Counted from the stretch's first letter, positions 1-12,119 are shown. The stretch is DNA of 64,000 nt from Octopus sinensis (GCF_006345805.1 NC_043019.1:16243360-16307359); one strand, 5' to 3'. Notes: a model not told the origin generated them from the sequence alone. Made by a program: numbers and translations.

Positions 1-299
1 GTGTTTTTTTACATATATTGTCTGTCAGAAGTTTTTTTTGTCCTGGGAATATTTCAGCAGTGAAAGGTTTTCCCAAGTCCGAGTGCATACGAACGTGTTA
101 AATATTACTGTATACGCCTATACTTTATTCGGTGCTGCTTCGTATAACTCTAGTTTTTCTTATATTTTCCTAGGGAAATTATTTCTCCAGATCACGCCGT
201 ATATTGTTTTAATGAAACATCTTTCGTAAAAGAAAGATAAACACATCGCTGACATTGTGTATTGATCATATGTACACTATGGATTCTAACATTATATTC

Positions 300-470
300 A
301 AAATGAGATGTGTTGTAAGAGTCACGTGTTCAAGAGGGGTTATACTTCAGTTATGCGTTACCGTGAAAAGCATCTACGCATGATCTTCTAACCACCGACT
401 CCTTGTTGAGGTCACTTTCTCTAATAGTTCTGGATTTGAATGCAACATCTTCCAAAACCGAGTTTGGCTG
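300..470 (-). mobile_element. R4/Dong-like LINE relic (pre-RT region)
   Basis: Minus-strand translation FWKMLHSNP...TRSRWLED resembles the FW..IWS....HN..A.W motif seen in the other R4-like copies in this window; highly decayed. Confidence 0.3.
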
Positions 471-908
471 ATGGATTTTTTTTTAGTTTTGTTTTGTGTT
501 TTACTTCTTTTTCTGCCGGAGAGATACCAACCTCAAGCCTCCTGTCGGTCTTTTCCCTTCAAACATAATCGGTCGGTATCACGATAAACTTTAGTTCAGG
601 GTTTTAATATCGACGGAACACATATCATCTATGCTCCAGGTAAGTAAATCTTAACCCCACCCCACCCTACCCCCACCTTGGCTGCTACATTTGTTTTTAA
701 AGTTTAGTGTATTATTGCTTGGACATTCTGTCCTTGTTTACCGGAACCTTTAAATGACTTATTTTCGTTAATTTTTGTAGCTTTATTCTGTGAAACGTGG
801 AGACTATTAACGTGCGAATTTCAAGCTTGATCAGTTGATTTCTGCATTCAATTATCAAATTTTGACATTTATTTTGACCAAATTCAATTTTTCTGTCTGT
901 TATTAAGT

Positions 909-976
909 CCAGATGTTTCTTATCATCGTAGATATTTCCAGCCGAGATCCTTCAACCGTCATCAGAGAAACTATGG
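909..976 (-). ncRNA. Type I hammerhead ribozyme motif (probably PLE/retrozyme-derived)
   Basis: Minus strand reads CCA-TA-GTTTCT-CTGATGA-CGGTTGA(AGGATC)TCGGCTG-GAAA-TATC(TAC)GAT-G-ATA-AGAAAC-ATC-TGG. Both core boxes are present, with a 6+3 bp stem I, a 7-bp stem II (3 wobbles), a stem III with one bulge, and an AUA cleavage triplet. Confidence 0.75.
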
Positions 977-1149
977 CTTCTCGCTGTTGTAAACCCGAGT
1001 CTGAATTTATGCAGAAAAAACAAATCCGTGCATTTCGTTTCAAAATGGATATCTGCAGAAACTGACTCTTTGTGTTACAAGTGTTTAAATATTGCTAATA
1101 AAGGGATACAGTCTCGTTTTTTTCCCCCGTGAGAAAGTTGAGGATGTTT

Positions 1150-2240
1150 TGCGAAGTCATTGTGAACCTTTAAATAGCAATGACAATAATCGTTGCCAAA
1201 GACACTGATTTCGGCAACAATGGCTAAGGAAAGCAATCAGCGCCATTTTATAATCAAACCACACCGTTGCAGGTTTCAGTGCTTGCGGGTTTCTTTTTTT
1301 ATAATTTAATTTCAATCAGAGCAGTTTATTAATTTAAAATGTTCAATAGGTTTTCTTTCCATCTGACCTTTCTCTATTCATTAGTCATTACATTGACTGA
1401 CACGCAATGGTCTTGAAGAAATTGATTGAAACAATTTGTGTAACTCTTTTTGTTTAAAGCTTAGGCAAGCTGGTAGCCGATGGTTTGTCTGTCACGTGGG
1501 TCTTTTCATTTTGTGTCACAAGATCCTCGGTGTTATGCCAAACCAGTTTGCTATGCCTAACTGGCCTTTTATAATTATATCTAATATGTACTTATTTCTG
1601 TAGAACATGTACATTTTGTACCAGAGTCCAATGATTAGCCCTCTTCTTCTTGCTTTCAAATTATATTGTTTCCCACAGTTTCAGTGAACGACTCAAAATT
1701 GATCGAGTAATTTTCCTACAACTGATGTTGATGTGGTATTTATTTCTGGGAGTATTCAATCATGACATTTTCTTATTGAGATTCTTCTTTCCATTCCAGC
1801 TCTTACGCCAAATAATTTTAAATCTTCAGAAGCACCCCCTTTTTTTCTTTTTTTTTTCAACAGAATTATTGTTTCCATTCATCCTTTGGTAAACAGTTTA
1901 TGGATTAGAAACAGACTAGACCCCCTCTTTAATGTTGGATCATCGAAGTAGTCTTTCATTTGATAACGGAGTTTTTCCCTTTATGGGATGAAGTTATTTT
2001 TCATTCAATAGGATTAATTCGACCATCTCGCAACATTTTCGTCATTCTTCTTGTTCGAGATGTTGACCGTTTACTATTAAAATGATTGTCCGCTTTACAC
2101 CTTCTCATGGCAACAAATGTCCGATTCTGTATCGCAGACTGTTGATATTTCCTTCTGGTTTTGTTGAGTTGATTTATTCCATTTCTGCATGCGCTGCAGG
2201 TATTTCCTTGGTGTACTTTTAGAGTGACATCAGCCATATA
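1150..2240 (-). mobile_element. R4/Dong-like non-LTR retrotransposon relic (N-terminal region to RT domain 2)
   Basis: Frameshifted minus-strand peptides EGNINSLRYRIGHL, TVYQRMNG, IIWRKSWNGKKNLN, GLWYK, KPSATSLPKL and ATVWFDYKMA match the order of R4-clade pre-RT and RT0-2 motifs (RPITCLP, AWIDYKKAFD). Confidence 0.55.
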
Positions 2241-2411
2241 TATAGGCAGGTATCGATCGTTTAATGTGTGTTCTTAGCGTCTCAAAGGCGATAGTGTCGA
2301 CATCTATCATGAAGGTGACAGTTTAGGGAAATTGGAAATGCGATTGCAAATTGTTTCGAAGCTGTGTGTATATATAATGCAATCATCTCGTTTGTATCGA
2401 TTACATGCGGT

Positions 2412-2470
<59 letters not shown>

Positions 2471-2485
2471 TGTGTGTGTGTGTGT
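2412..2485. repeat. (TG)n microsatellite
   Basis: Direct reading. Confidence 0.95.
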
Positions 2486-3009
2486 TAAGTGGTGGTGGTG
2501 ATGATGTCGGGAAATTGTTTTCCATTTTTACCATTCCCTTACTTCCATGGTAGATTTTGGCTGATTTAGAATATCTTTTGAAAACCGTCGAATAACATTA
2601 CCGAAGCTGGATTAACAGTCGTTATCTGTGACAGCCATTTGTTGAAGCTGTTTAGCTGTGAAGGTGTTAAACCTGGAGGCAGATTTAACTTTTATCGTCG
2701 TTTTGGCGATAAAAGAAATTTCACGGAAATTTTCGATTGCAACGGAATAAATCTTGATTTAGATGTGAAGGCCAAATGAATTCAAGGAAACCTTATATCG
2801 GCTTAGACAGGCGACTTACTTAGCTGGCATATTTGGTAATATTGTTGGTGTTGGTGTTGATGTGAGTGTCAGCGGTGCTCGCCATTATCGTCGCGATGAG
2901 TGTTTGCTATATATCTACTTTGAATGAGGCTGGCTTCTCATATAAAAAATGCTTTGATTTTTGGTTTGCTTTACATATACAACAAAGAAACAAACATAGA
3001 TCGAAGCTG

Positions 3010-3655
3010 AATTAGATCGGCAGAATTGTAGAGGGAGAGTTGTATGCATTTCTGAGGGATCCATTAGTTTACAGGTTAAGCGTTGACAATATGATGCAGT
3101 CTGCTCTGTATATACTGGAGAGCATCATATTGGTGTCCAGAGGGCAACCGATTTCTACAAGAGAGCTTATCTCTTTCTTGTCGTTCTACACAATGTCTGG
3201 TTGGTCATGTCTTAACTTGGTGGTTGTTTTAATCCTTATGTTCCATCAATACTCTTTTCATCTTTCGGTCTCAATATAATCAACTTTGTTTATTGGTGGT
3301 TTCTACTTTTCTTATTCTGTTCCAGATTGATCTAGCCTCCGCATCATGTCTGACAAGGAAGTTAATATCTTGGACATCCACTTTCACTTGGTAATAAGGT
3401 AGTTGATGAAACCAGCCTTCGTCTTGCACAGCCTCCATTTGTCAGTCAATGGTTTTTGCCTTTTGTTGTGGGTCCTTGGTGAGGATCTTTTGTTCTCCAA
3501 TTGCATGGATGTTTCCTTCAAAGTGGGATGCCATAAACCTACCGGTTCTCCATGCCAAGCTTTTGACAGGTTCATTTCCTTCTATGCTTCGGGTCTTTTG
3601 TGCCATGTAGCCGTGCACTACCTTCTAATTGAACTGGTCCCTTTTTTTATTCTGT
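3010..3655 (-). mobile_element. R4/Dong-like LINE 3' region (CCHC knuckle + restriction-like endonuclease), decayed
   Basis: Peptides SHFEGNIHAIGEQKILTK, DKWRLCK, RHDAEARSI and KKEISSLVEIGCPLDTN; paralogous to 4200-4865; contains frameshifts. Confidence 0.8.
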
Positions 3656-3805
3656 TGTTGTAATAAACACAGTGTACTAGTGTTCGTTGGGAAGGGACCT
3701 GCATCAGCTCATATCTCATGTCTCTCTACGTCATTGTTTTCGTACTCGCAAAGTGAGTCACTGGCCTCTTTCCTCGGCTGCAGATATTGCTTCAGCGTCA
3801 CAAGA

Positions 3806-3980
3806 TGCATGTATGTATGTATGTATGTATGTATGTATGTATGTATGTATGTATGTATGCATGCATGTATGTAAGCATGCATGCATGCATGTATGTATGT
3901 ATGTATGTATGGATGGATGGATGGATGGATGGATGGATGGACGGACGGACGAACGGATGGATGGATGTATGGATGGATGG
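3806..3980. repeat. Compound (TATG)n/(GATG)n/(GACG)n microsatellite
   Basis: Direct reading. Confidence 0.95.
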
Positions 3981-4199
3981 AGGAATCTATGCAGTTATGT
4001 AAATAAAAATTTCATGTATGTAGGATACATATATACACGCTTACAACCAAAATTATTACATATATCTATATACGCAGCATTCTTCATACGAGTGTACATA
4101 CATGAATATATACACATATACACATACGTATATACATACACATGTGTATATATATAGGTTAATAATTTACATACATGATGATAGTAACATCGGTCATCA

Positions 4200-4865
4200 A
4201 AGCAGTTTTCTACCGCCCACTTTGAAGGGTATGCGTTTGCAATCCAGGAACAGGAAATATCAACCGAGTACCTGATGCACAAAAGGGATAGAGATGCAGG
4301 TAAAGCCGTAAAATGTGACAACCTATGCAGACTTTGAGCAGTTCACACTGAAGATATCACCCGCATCATAAGCAGTTGTCCGAAAATGTCATCACAGTAT
4401 TATCTAGCAATGAGACATGACGTTGTAGCTAGGATACTCTATAATGAAATCCGTCGGAAGGATAATCCCAAAGACAAAGAAATAAGAACCCACAATATGG
4501 TAGAAGCCATAGCCACTCATAATAAAAGCAATACCGGTGGACTGTACCAGTGAAGACCTCAGTAAAATTTAAGCTCAACAAACCTGATATAATGATTTGG
4601 GATAGAGAAGAGAAACTGTGCACAGTTGTGGACATGAGCTGCTCAGCGGATCTTAACATAAAGCTGACGATCAGTGAAAAAGAGAATACCTACGCTGAAC
4701 TATGAGAAATCTACAGCTACTCTACCCAGATTACAAGTTCAGGTTTGTACCTATAATTATTGGTGTACCTGGAATATGTAACACACTGTCTAAATACCAA
4801 TCTTGAGAAATTAGGTTTCTCATAACCAGAAAGGAGAAAGCTAATTTGCAAAAAACGTTTGCAAA
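4200..4865 (+). mobile_element. R4/Dong-like LINE 3' region (CCHC + PD-(D/E)xK REL endonuclease), 5'-truncated pseudogene
   Basis: AHFEGYAFAIQEQEIST...CDNLCRL*AVHTEDITRIISSCPKM...RHDVVAR...KPDIMIWDREEKLCTVVDMSC...EKENTY...FVPIIIG, with 3 frameshifts and stops. Confidence 0.9.
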
Positions 4866-4972
4866 AACAAAACAACTTGAAAACATAGCCATTGTGGATG
4901 TAAAAAGCAGACATATATATTCTGTTATGTGTTTCAGCCCTAAGGCTGTGGCCATGCTGGGGCACCACCAGT

Positions 4973-4980
4973 GTATATAT

Positions 4981-5050
<70 letters not shown>
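4973..5050. repeat. (TA)n(GA)n compound microsatellite
   Basis: Direct reading. Confidence 0.95.
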
Positions 5051-5056
<6 letters not shown>

Positions 5057-5244
5057 TGATCGTCTATGAGGTGGTGTTTATCCCAGACAAACAAAATGTA
5101 GACTCAATGATTGGAGACGGCAAAACGTGGAGTCTCGACCATAAACTGACCAATCAAACAGACAGGTGTTAATTGTCGATGTGAAACTCTGGCAACAGAC
5201 GAGAGAAACTGGAAGAAAAATAACTTTTTAAATTTTTGCAGATG

Positions 5245-5432
5245 GCGTGGGTAAGGGGTTAGTCGATTACATCAACCCTAATACTTGACTGGTACTCTAG
5301 TTTATCGACCCCAAAAGGATGAAAGGCAAAGTTGATCCCGGAAGAATTTGAACGCAGAAATGTCAAGAGCCGGAAGAAATACGGCGAAGTATTTTGTTCG
5401 GCGTGGTAACCATTCTGCCATTCCGCTACCTT
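5245..5432 (-). mobile_element. tRNA-derived SINE, family C
   Basis: Head with TGGCAGAATGG A-box and GTTCAAATT B-box, plus central GCCTTTCATCCTTTTGGGGTCGATAAA...GTACCAG shared with copies at 6522, 27363 and 60180. Confidence 0.85.
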
Positions 5433-5492
5433 CTGGAAGAAAAATAAGAAAGAAAGAAGAAAGGGAAAGAAAAATTATTTTTATTTTGGCAC

Positions 5493-5630
5493 GAGGCCAG
5501 CAACTTTAAGGGGAAGGATTTAATCAATTACTTCGATCTCCAGTCTTTAACACGAAGTTATTTTATTGACCCTGGGAGGATGAAAGGCAAAGTTGATCCC
5601 GACGGAATTTGATCCAAGAGCGGGATGAAA
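5493..5630 (-). mobile_element. SINE family C, partial
   Basis: Contains GGATGAAAGGCAAAGTTGATCCCGACGGAATTTGA, the same core as the adjacent copy. Confidence 0.75.
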
Positions 5631-5632
5631 CT

Positions 5633-5902
5633 GGCAATCGGTCGGTTACGATGATGACTGTTCCAGTTAATTCGATCAACGGCGGCGGAAAATTAACGTG
5701 CAAGTGGCTGAGTACTCCACAAACACGCGTAACCTTAACGTAGTTCCCATGGAGATTCAGTGACAAGGCTGGTTCCTTTGAATTACAGGTTCAACACAAT
5801 TTTACTAGCCGAATGGACTGAAGTGAAACACAATGCACTACCACTGGGGTTCGAACCCACGACCTTGCGATCGTGAACCGAATGACCCTAACCACTAAGC
5901 TA
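5633..5902 (-). mobile_element. tRNA-derived SINE, family B (tail type ...CGTAACCGAC)
   Basis: Head TAGCTTAGTGGTTAGGGTCATTCGGTTCACGATCGCAAGGTCGTGGGTTCGAACCCC; body matches 10960-11277. Confidence 0.85.
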
Positions 5903-6412
5903 CGTTTTGTCGTGGACCACCTTCCGGAAGTTAACTTACAGGAAGTGTTTGCATTGTCCCCGACAGAATAAAGTCGGGGATATCTTTCAAAGAGACGGTC
6001 TTTCTGAGACGTTGTTTCGTCTTGCAAAGAACCTGTTATCATTGTTGTCGAGGAAATCTGAAAAAAACCCCGTTAGATGACGACAGTCACACCCATCCGC
6101 CATGTTACTTCTTCGCAGATGACCTGGAACCCTAACCCCAAAACACGACTGGTATGGCGAAGAGCCTTGATCTAATTATGATACTTCAAAAGTGTACTGA
6201 GACGAAGTTTGGCCAACATAAAGTGTTCGGACATGGTTGTAAAGAAAGGTCCATCAATTTCCTGATTATTTCTCTGGTATCCCACGACGAATACTACGAG
6301 TGCCTACAGATGGATAGAAAATATATTCTATGACAGTTTTGGAACAAGGAACATATAACCAGTTGACACCCGGATGAAAAACTACGATCTTCAAAGTTGT
6401 TTGTATATTATA

Positions 6413-6468
6413 AAGGCGGTGCTCCAGCATGGCCGTAGTCAAATGACTGAAACAAGTAAAAGAGTATA
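6413..6468 (+). mobile_element. SINE family A 3' tail
   Basis: AAAGGCGGTGCTCCAGCATGGCCGTAGTCAAATGACTGAAACAAGTAAAAGAGT matches the tail of 9545-9963. Confidence 0.85.
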
Positions 6469-6521
6469 AACCAGAGGGCCATGAGGGGCTAGCTGTACCT
6501 TTTTATTCGCACCAATATCTA

Positions 6522-6738
6522 ACACGGCGAAATGGCAGAATCGTAAGCACGCCGGACGAAATTCTAAGCGACATTTTGTCCGTCTTTACGTTCTGAGTTC
6601 AAATTCTGCCGAGGTCGACTTTACCTTTCGTCTTTTTGAGGTGGATAAAATAAGTACCAGTTGTGCACTGGGGTCAGTGTAATCGATTTGCTCCCTCCCC
6701 TGAAATTCCAGGCTTTGTACAAAATGTGAAACGAATAT
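6522..6738 (+). mobile_element. SINE family C
   Basis: A/B boxes (TGGCAGAATCG, GAGTTCAAATTC), central core and 3' tail are all present. Confidence 0.85.
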
Positions 6739-6744
6739 TTTGGC

Positions 6745-6850
6745 AGCTCTGCCGGACGCTGGATGAGATTCACGCCATTGAGGTTAAAACCAGAAAACTA
6801 TTTAATCAACAGCAGAAATTCCCACAATGGCAATTCCAATTACATCCTCA
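6745..6850 (+). mobile_element. R4-like LINE thumb-domain relic
   Basis: CRTLDEIHAIEVKTRKLF resembles the W...EL..IDRKTRKLL motif of R4-clade proteins. Confidence 0.4.
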
Positions 6851-7237
6851 ATGATTCAGTTATCGCTGTTACACACTTGGAGTCCTGAGGTCAATTCCCA
6901 ACATGAACTACATGGTTTAACACCGCTGTTTGGAACCATGGCTGCTTCGAACAAAGACAACACTTCTGCAGACATTCTGGTCAACTCCCTAGTTTCAGGA
7001 ACTCACCCCCTTCCCTCCCACGCTATTTGAGGCCTATTAAAAGGACACGGGCGTCGGCTTTTATTCCTCGCTGACAGATAATTAAGCATCATTAAACAAC
7101 GATAAATATTATACACTTTGGTAAAGTTTTTCCATTTCTTCAAATTCAACACACATACATTAAGATCACACACGCATATACATATACATATACATACATA
7201 CATACATACATACATACATACATACATACATACATGC

Positions 7238-7302
<65 letters not shown>

Positions 7303-7656
7303 CATACATACATACACACACATGCATGTACATATATGTATATACATACATATGTGTGCGTGTTCGTTGACGTGCGTTCGTGGGGGGGGGGGGTGCGCAA
7401 ACACAAACAAACATTTCACCGTGTTTCGTGCAACAAGTCTTGACATGGAGATCGAAACACTATTATTAAGAATGAATTTATCCAATCAATCACACTTGTC
7501 ACAGACAAATTAACTTATCATCGGCCCAGAATGGGAAGAACGGCTCCCATTCTGGGACTATTCTTTCTAATATCGCCAATAATAAAGCAATTAAACGATC
7601 TATATTAATTTGTTCGCTATTTCGTGATGTGTGTTGTGTGTGTGTGTGTGTGTGTG

Positions 7657-7995
7657 AAAGCGCATGGCTCAATGGTTCGAGCGTCGGGCCTCCAATCATG
7701 AAGTAGTGAGTTCGATTTCTGAAGCGAGCTGTGTGTTGTGTTCTTGAGCAAGACCCTTTATTTCACGTTGCTCCAGTTACTCAGCTGTAGAAATGAGTTG
7801 CGATCCCACTGGTGCCGAGCCGTATCGGCCTTTGCCTTTCCCTTGGATAAGGTCCGTGGCGTGCAGATGGGAGAGGCGTTGTGCATGGGCGACTGCTGGT
7901 CTTCCATGAACAACATTGGCTGGACTTGTACCTACGAGGGGAACTTTCTCGATGTAATCCCATGGTCATTCATGACCGAAGGGGGTCTTTACTCT
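7657..7995 (+). mobile_element. tRNA-derived SINE, family B (tail type ...CATGACCGAAGGGGGTC)
   Basis: A-box TGGCTCAATGG, B-box GAGTTCGATTTC, and core TTGTGTTCTTGAGCAAGACCCTTTATTTCACGTTGCTCCAG. Confidence 0.9.
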
Positions 7996-8008
7996 TTATA
8001 TGTATATT

Positions 8009-8049
<41 letters not shown>

Positions 8050-8155
8050 AACACACACAACACACACAACACCCACACACACACACACACACAACACCCA
8101 CACACACAACACAACACACACACACACACCACACACACACACAAACACAACACCA

Positions 8156-8197
<42 letters not shown>

Positions 8198-8240
8198 ACA
8201 CCACACACACACATATGTATATATACATACATACAGAGTA

Positions 8241-9435
8241 CGGTGAATAAATTGTCGTCTAAATTAAAGCAAAAAGGAAAATAATACTGACATCTTATTT
8301 TAACTGATATACAAAAATTACATAAAAATATCTTAAAATACTAAAGAATAAATTTATTCAATAAAATCGCCATTGGCTTCAACGACGGCCTCCAAATGAC
8401 TTCGGAACCTCCTGCAACTCTTCTGGGCGGTTTCCTTGTTCAAGTTGGTCAATGCTGCCATAATCCTTGCCTTCAGTTCATCTTTGGTGTTACAAGGAGT
8501 TTTGTTGGTCTCTCGCTCAACTGCGCACCATACATAATAATCAAGGGGGTTGCAGTCTGGGGAGTTAGGTGGCCAGATGTTAGGGGTGATGTGGTTGCAG
8601 AAATTGTCTGACAGCCATGACTCGGTTCTCCTGCTTGTGTGACATGGTGCAGAGTCCTGTTGCTAGACATAGGATCTTCCAAAAGCCACCCTCTTGACCC
8701 AGGGAAGTACTACTTCCTCCAGGCACTTGATGTAGACCTCTGTGTTGAATCTGTGGCCATGTGGGAAGACGAATGGAGGCATTCTAGTGATCACTCCAAA
8801 CTCCATGATGCTCACTCGATATTTGATTTTTATCCCTCTTGGTACATGTTTTGGGGACACGGCAAGCCAACGTTGTTCTGTGTGTTGACCATCTGATCCT
8901 GGCAGAAATTTTTGTCTGAGAAAACCAAAACATGTTCAGCTTCGAAGTACAGTCTTTCTTCTTGTTCTTGATGGTTTGGGATAACAATTAGCCCTTTCTC
9001 ATCTTGTATGAGGAATATCGAATGTCTTCATGCACTATCTGCCTGATAAGAAGCTCAGACCCTCCCATGTCCCTGGCGATGGACCTGACTGACTTGAAGG
9101 GATCGTTGTCAATCATGGCTTGGATCTTACCAACAAATTCAGGAGTTCGTTTCTTATCAGAACGATCAGAGTAAGTTTCCCGAGCTGCCGTACCTTGGTA
9201 ACCACCATTAGATTCACCCAATTCTTTCCGAATCCTCAGCACTGTATTCAGATTGACATCCAAACACTCCGAAATGTTTGTATCAGAGCCTGCGGCAAGC
9301 AGTACAGCATGTCATTTCCAAATTACTGGTCGGCTGAATTGCGTCATGGTGTAGTCAGTGTAGTCGACAAAATTAAAAACAAACAATGCACATGCGCGAG
9401 ATTAGAAATATAAAACGGCGACAATTTACCCATCG
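8241..9435 (-). mobile_element. Tc1/mariner maT-family (DD37D) transposon, near full length, pseudogenised
   Basis: Imperfect TIRs CGGTGAATAAATTGTCG / CGACAATTTACCCATCG with a left TA. Transposase QQDSAPCH...WPPNSPDCNPLDYYVW has 37 residues between the 2nd and 3rd catalytic D; an HTH region is present; several frameshifts and stops. Confidence 0.92.
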
Positions 9436-9441
9436 CACAAG

Positions 9442-9535
<94 letters not shown>

Positions 9536-9544
9536 ATATATATA

Positions 9545-9963
9545 GGCGCAGGAGTGGATTTGTGGTAAGTAGCTTGCTTACGAACCACATGGCTCCGGGT
9601 TCAGTCCCACTGCGTGGCACCTTGGGCAAGTGTCTTCTGCTATAGCCCCGGGCCGACCAAAGCCTTGTGAGTGGATTTGGTAGATGGAAACTGAAAGAAG
9701 CCGTCGTATATATGTATGTATATATATATATGCGTGTGTGTGTTTTTTGTGTGTCTGTGTTTGTCCCTCTAGCATTGCTTGACAACCGATGCTGGTGTGT
9801 TTACATCCCCGTCACTTAGTGGTTCGGCAAAAGAGACCGATAGAATAAGTACTGGGCTTACAAAGAATAAGTCCCGGGGTAGATTTTCTCGACTAAAGGC
9901 GGTGCTCCAGCATGGCCGCAGTCAAATGACTGAAACAAGTAAAAGAGTAAAAGAGTAAAGAGT
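9545..9963 (+). mobile_element. tRNA-derived SINE, family A, full length
   Basis: GGCGCAGGAGTGG head, GGGTTCAGTCCC B-box, CACCTTGGGCAAGTGTCTT core, internal TA/TG tract and (AAAAGAGT)n tail; flanked by (TA)n. Confidence 0.92.
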
Positions 9964-10045
9964 ATATATATATATAAGAATTTTTTGCGTAATGAGATAA
10001 CAAAAACCAAGTCTGTGTAGATATTAGAACATTTATAGATAGAAG

Positions 10046-10097
10046 GTCTTACAGATGTTTCCAGGATATTTATTAATAATATCCCTTCATCGGAGAC
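10046..10097 (-). ncRNA. Minimal type I hammerhead ribozyme motif (U4C core variant)
   Basis: GTCT-CCGATGA-AGGGATATT(ATTAATA)AATATCCTG-GAAA-CA(TC)TG-TA-AGAC: 4-bp stem I, 8-bp stem II, minimal stem III and a GUA site. The 10.1-11.1 pair is a non-canonical A.G. Confidence 0.6.
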
Positions 10098-10289
10098 GGT
10101 GTGAGAGGATGGTTAAGTAATCGTTAATTTAGATAAGATACAAAATAGAGAGTGAGGTGGAGGAAAGAAAATAGATGTGAGATATGTTGGGATATTGAAT
10201 ACATATCTCACATCTATTTTCTTTCCTCCACCTCACTCACTATTTTGTATCTTAATCAAATTAACGATACTTAACCATCCTCTCACACC

Positions 10290-10341
10290 GTCTCCGATTA
10301 AGGGATATTATTAATAAATATCCTGGAAACATCTGTAAGAC
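10290..10341 (+). ncRNA. Hammerhead motif copy with a core mutation (CCGATTA, G8U), predicted inactive
   Basis: Same layout as 10046-10097 but position 10299 is T. Confidence 0.5.
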
Positions 10342-10959
10342 CTTCTATCTATAAATGTTCTAAAATCTACACAGCCTTGGTTTCTTTTTTATCTCATTAC
10401 GCAAACAATTCATATATACACACGCTGACATGGAACCAACGTTGAACCCCTTATTCGTAAAATCACCGAATCTGGAACTTAACTATGGTGTCTATAGCAC
10501 GTATTCAGCATTCTCTGACACCTTTGGGTCTCAATGATACCATTAGCTCTTATAACCTCAACTTCTCGCTATTATAAGCACTTATCCCAGGTAACGCTTC
10601 AGTAATGGGTATATACATATATATATTGTAATTCGATCGACTAAATATATGTATTAATACACACACACACGCACACACAAACACACACACACACACACAC
10701 ACCCACACACCCACACCCACACCCACACATATATATATGCATATTTATATATATGGGAGTTGGATTGGGGTTGGTCAAGTGTCTTCCATTTATTCGATTA
10801 AAGCCTTGCGAGTGGATATGATAGGCGAAAAATGAAAGAAGCTCGTTGTGTATATATATATTTGTGTGTGTCCTTGTGTTTGTATGTCTTACCAATTTAG
10901 TTGGAACAAATCTTAAGAATTGTTCAAAGAAATTGAAAAAATTTTATTCATCAAAACAT

Positions 10960-11277
10960 GGCACTCCGTCCGTTACGACGACGATGATTCCGGTTTATCT
11001 GGTCAACGGAACAGCCTCCTCGTGGAATTAACGTTCAAGTGGCTGAGTACTCCACAGACACGTGTACCCCTAACGTAGTTCTCAGGGAGATTCAGCATGA
11101 CACAGAGTGTGACAAAGCTGGCTCTTTGAAATACAGGTACTATTCATTTTTGTCAGCTGAGTGGACTGGAGCAATGTGAAATAAAGTGTCTTGCTCAAGG
11201 ACACAACACGTCGCTGGGAATCGAACTCATGACCTTACAATCGTGAGCCGAATGCCCTAACCACTAAGCCACACGCC
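10960..11277 (-). mobile_element. tRNA-derived SINE, family B, full length
   Basis: GGCGTGTGGCTTAGTGGTTAGGGC head, GAGTTCGATTCC B-box, TTGTGTCCTTGAGCAAGACACTTTATTTCAC core and CGTCGTAACGGACGGAGTGCC tail. Confidence 0.92.
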
Positions 11278-11329
11278 TTAGCTTATCAGCACATTCGGTA
11301 TTGTTACACCAGCACCACCACTGAGATTT

Positions 11330-12103
11330 ATACACCCATACATACATACATACATACATACATCATACATACATACATACATACATACACCCCATACCAT
11401 ACATACATACATACATACATACATACATACATACATACATGCATACAACATCATACATACATACATACACCCATACATACATACATACATACATACATAC
11501 ATACATGCATACTACATACATACATACATACATACATACACACATCATACATACATACTACATACATACATACATACATACATACATAATACATACATAC
11601 ATACAACATACATACATACATACACCATCATACATACATACATACATCATACATACATACATACACCCAACATACATACATACATACATACATACATAAT
11701 ACTACATACATACACACATCATACATACATACATACATACATAAATACCACACACATACATACATAATACATACATACATACATACATACACACATACAT
11801 ACATACATACATACACACATCATACATACCATACATACATACATAAATACACACATACATACATACATACATACATACCACACACATACATACATACATA
11901 CATACATACACACACACTACATACATACATACTACATACACACACACATACATACATACATACATACACACACACATACATACATACACACACACATACA
12001 TACAACTACATACTACATCACATACATACATACACACACACATACATACATCATACATACATACATACATACATACATACATACATACATACATACATAC
12101 ATA
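11330..12103. repeat. Long interrupted (CATA)n microsatellite
   Basis: Direct reading; many single-base interruptions typical of long-read noise. Confidence 0.95.
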
Positions 12104-12119
12104 AGCGCGTGCGCGACGT

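Larger units (their letters stand above)
9968..10418. mobile_element. Head-to-head inverted repeat (about 215-bp arms, 13-nt loop), probably a Penelope-like pLTR inverted insertion
   Basis: 9968-10187 is the reverse complement of 10201-10418 with a few substitutions and indels; each arm carries a hammerhead motif; both outer ends abut (TA)n. Confidence 0.7.

Noticed and set aside
5900-6400. Possible mariner catalytic-domain relic (VRTWL, SGI)
   Set aside because: Too degenerate and no TIRs found.
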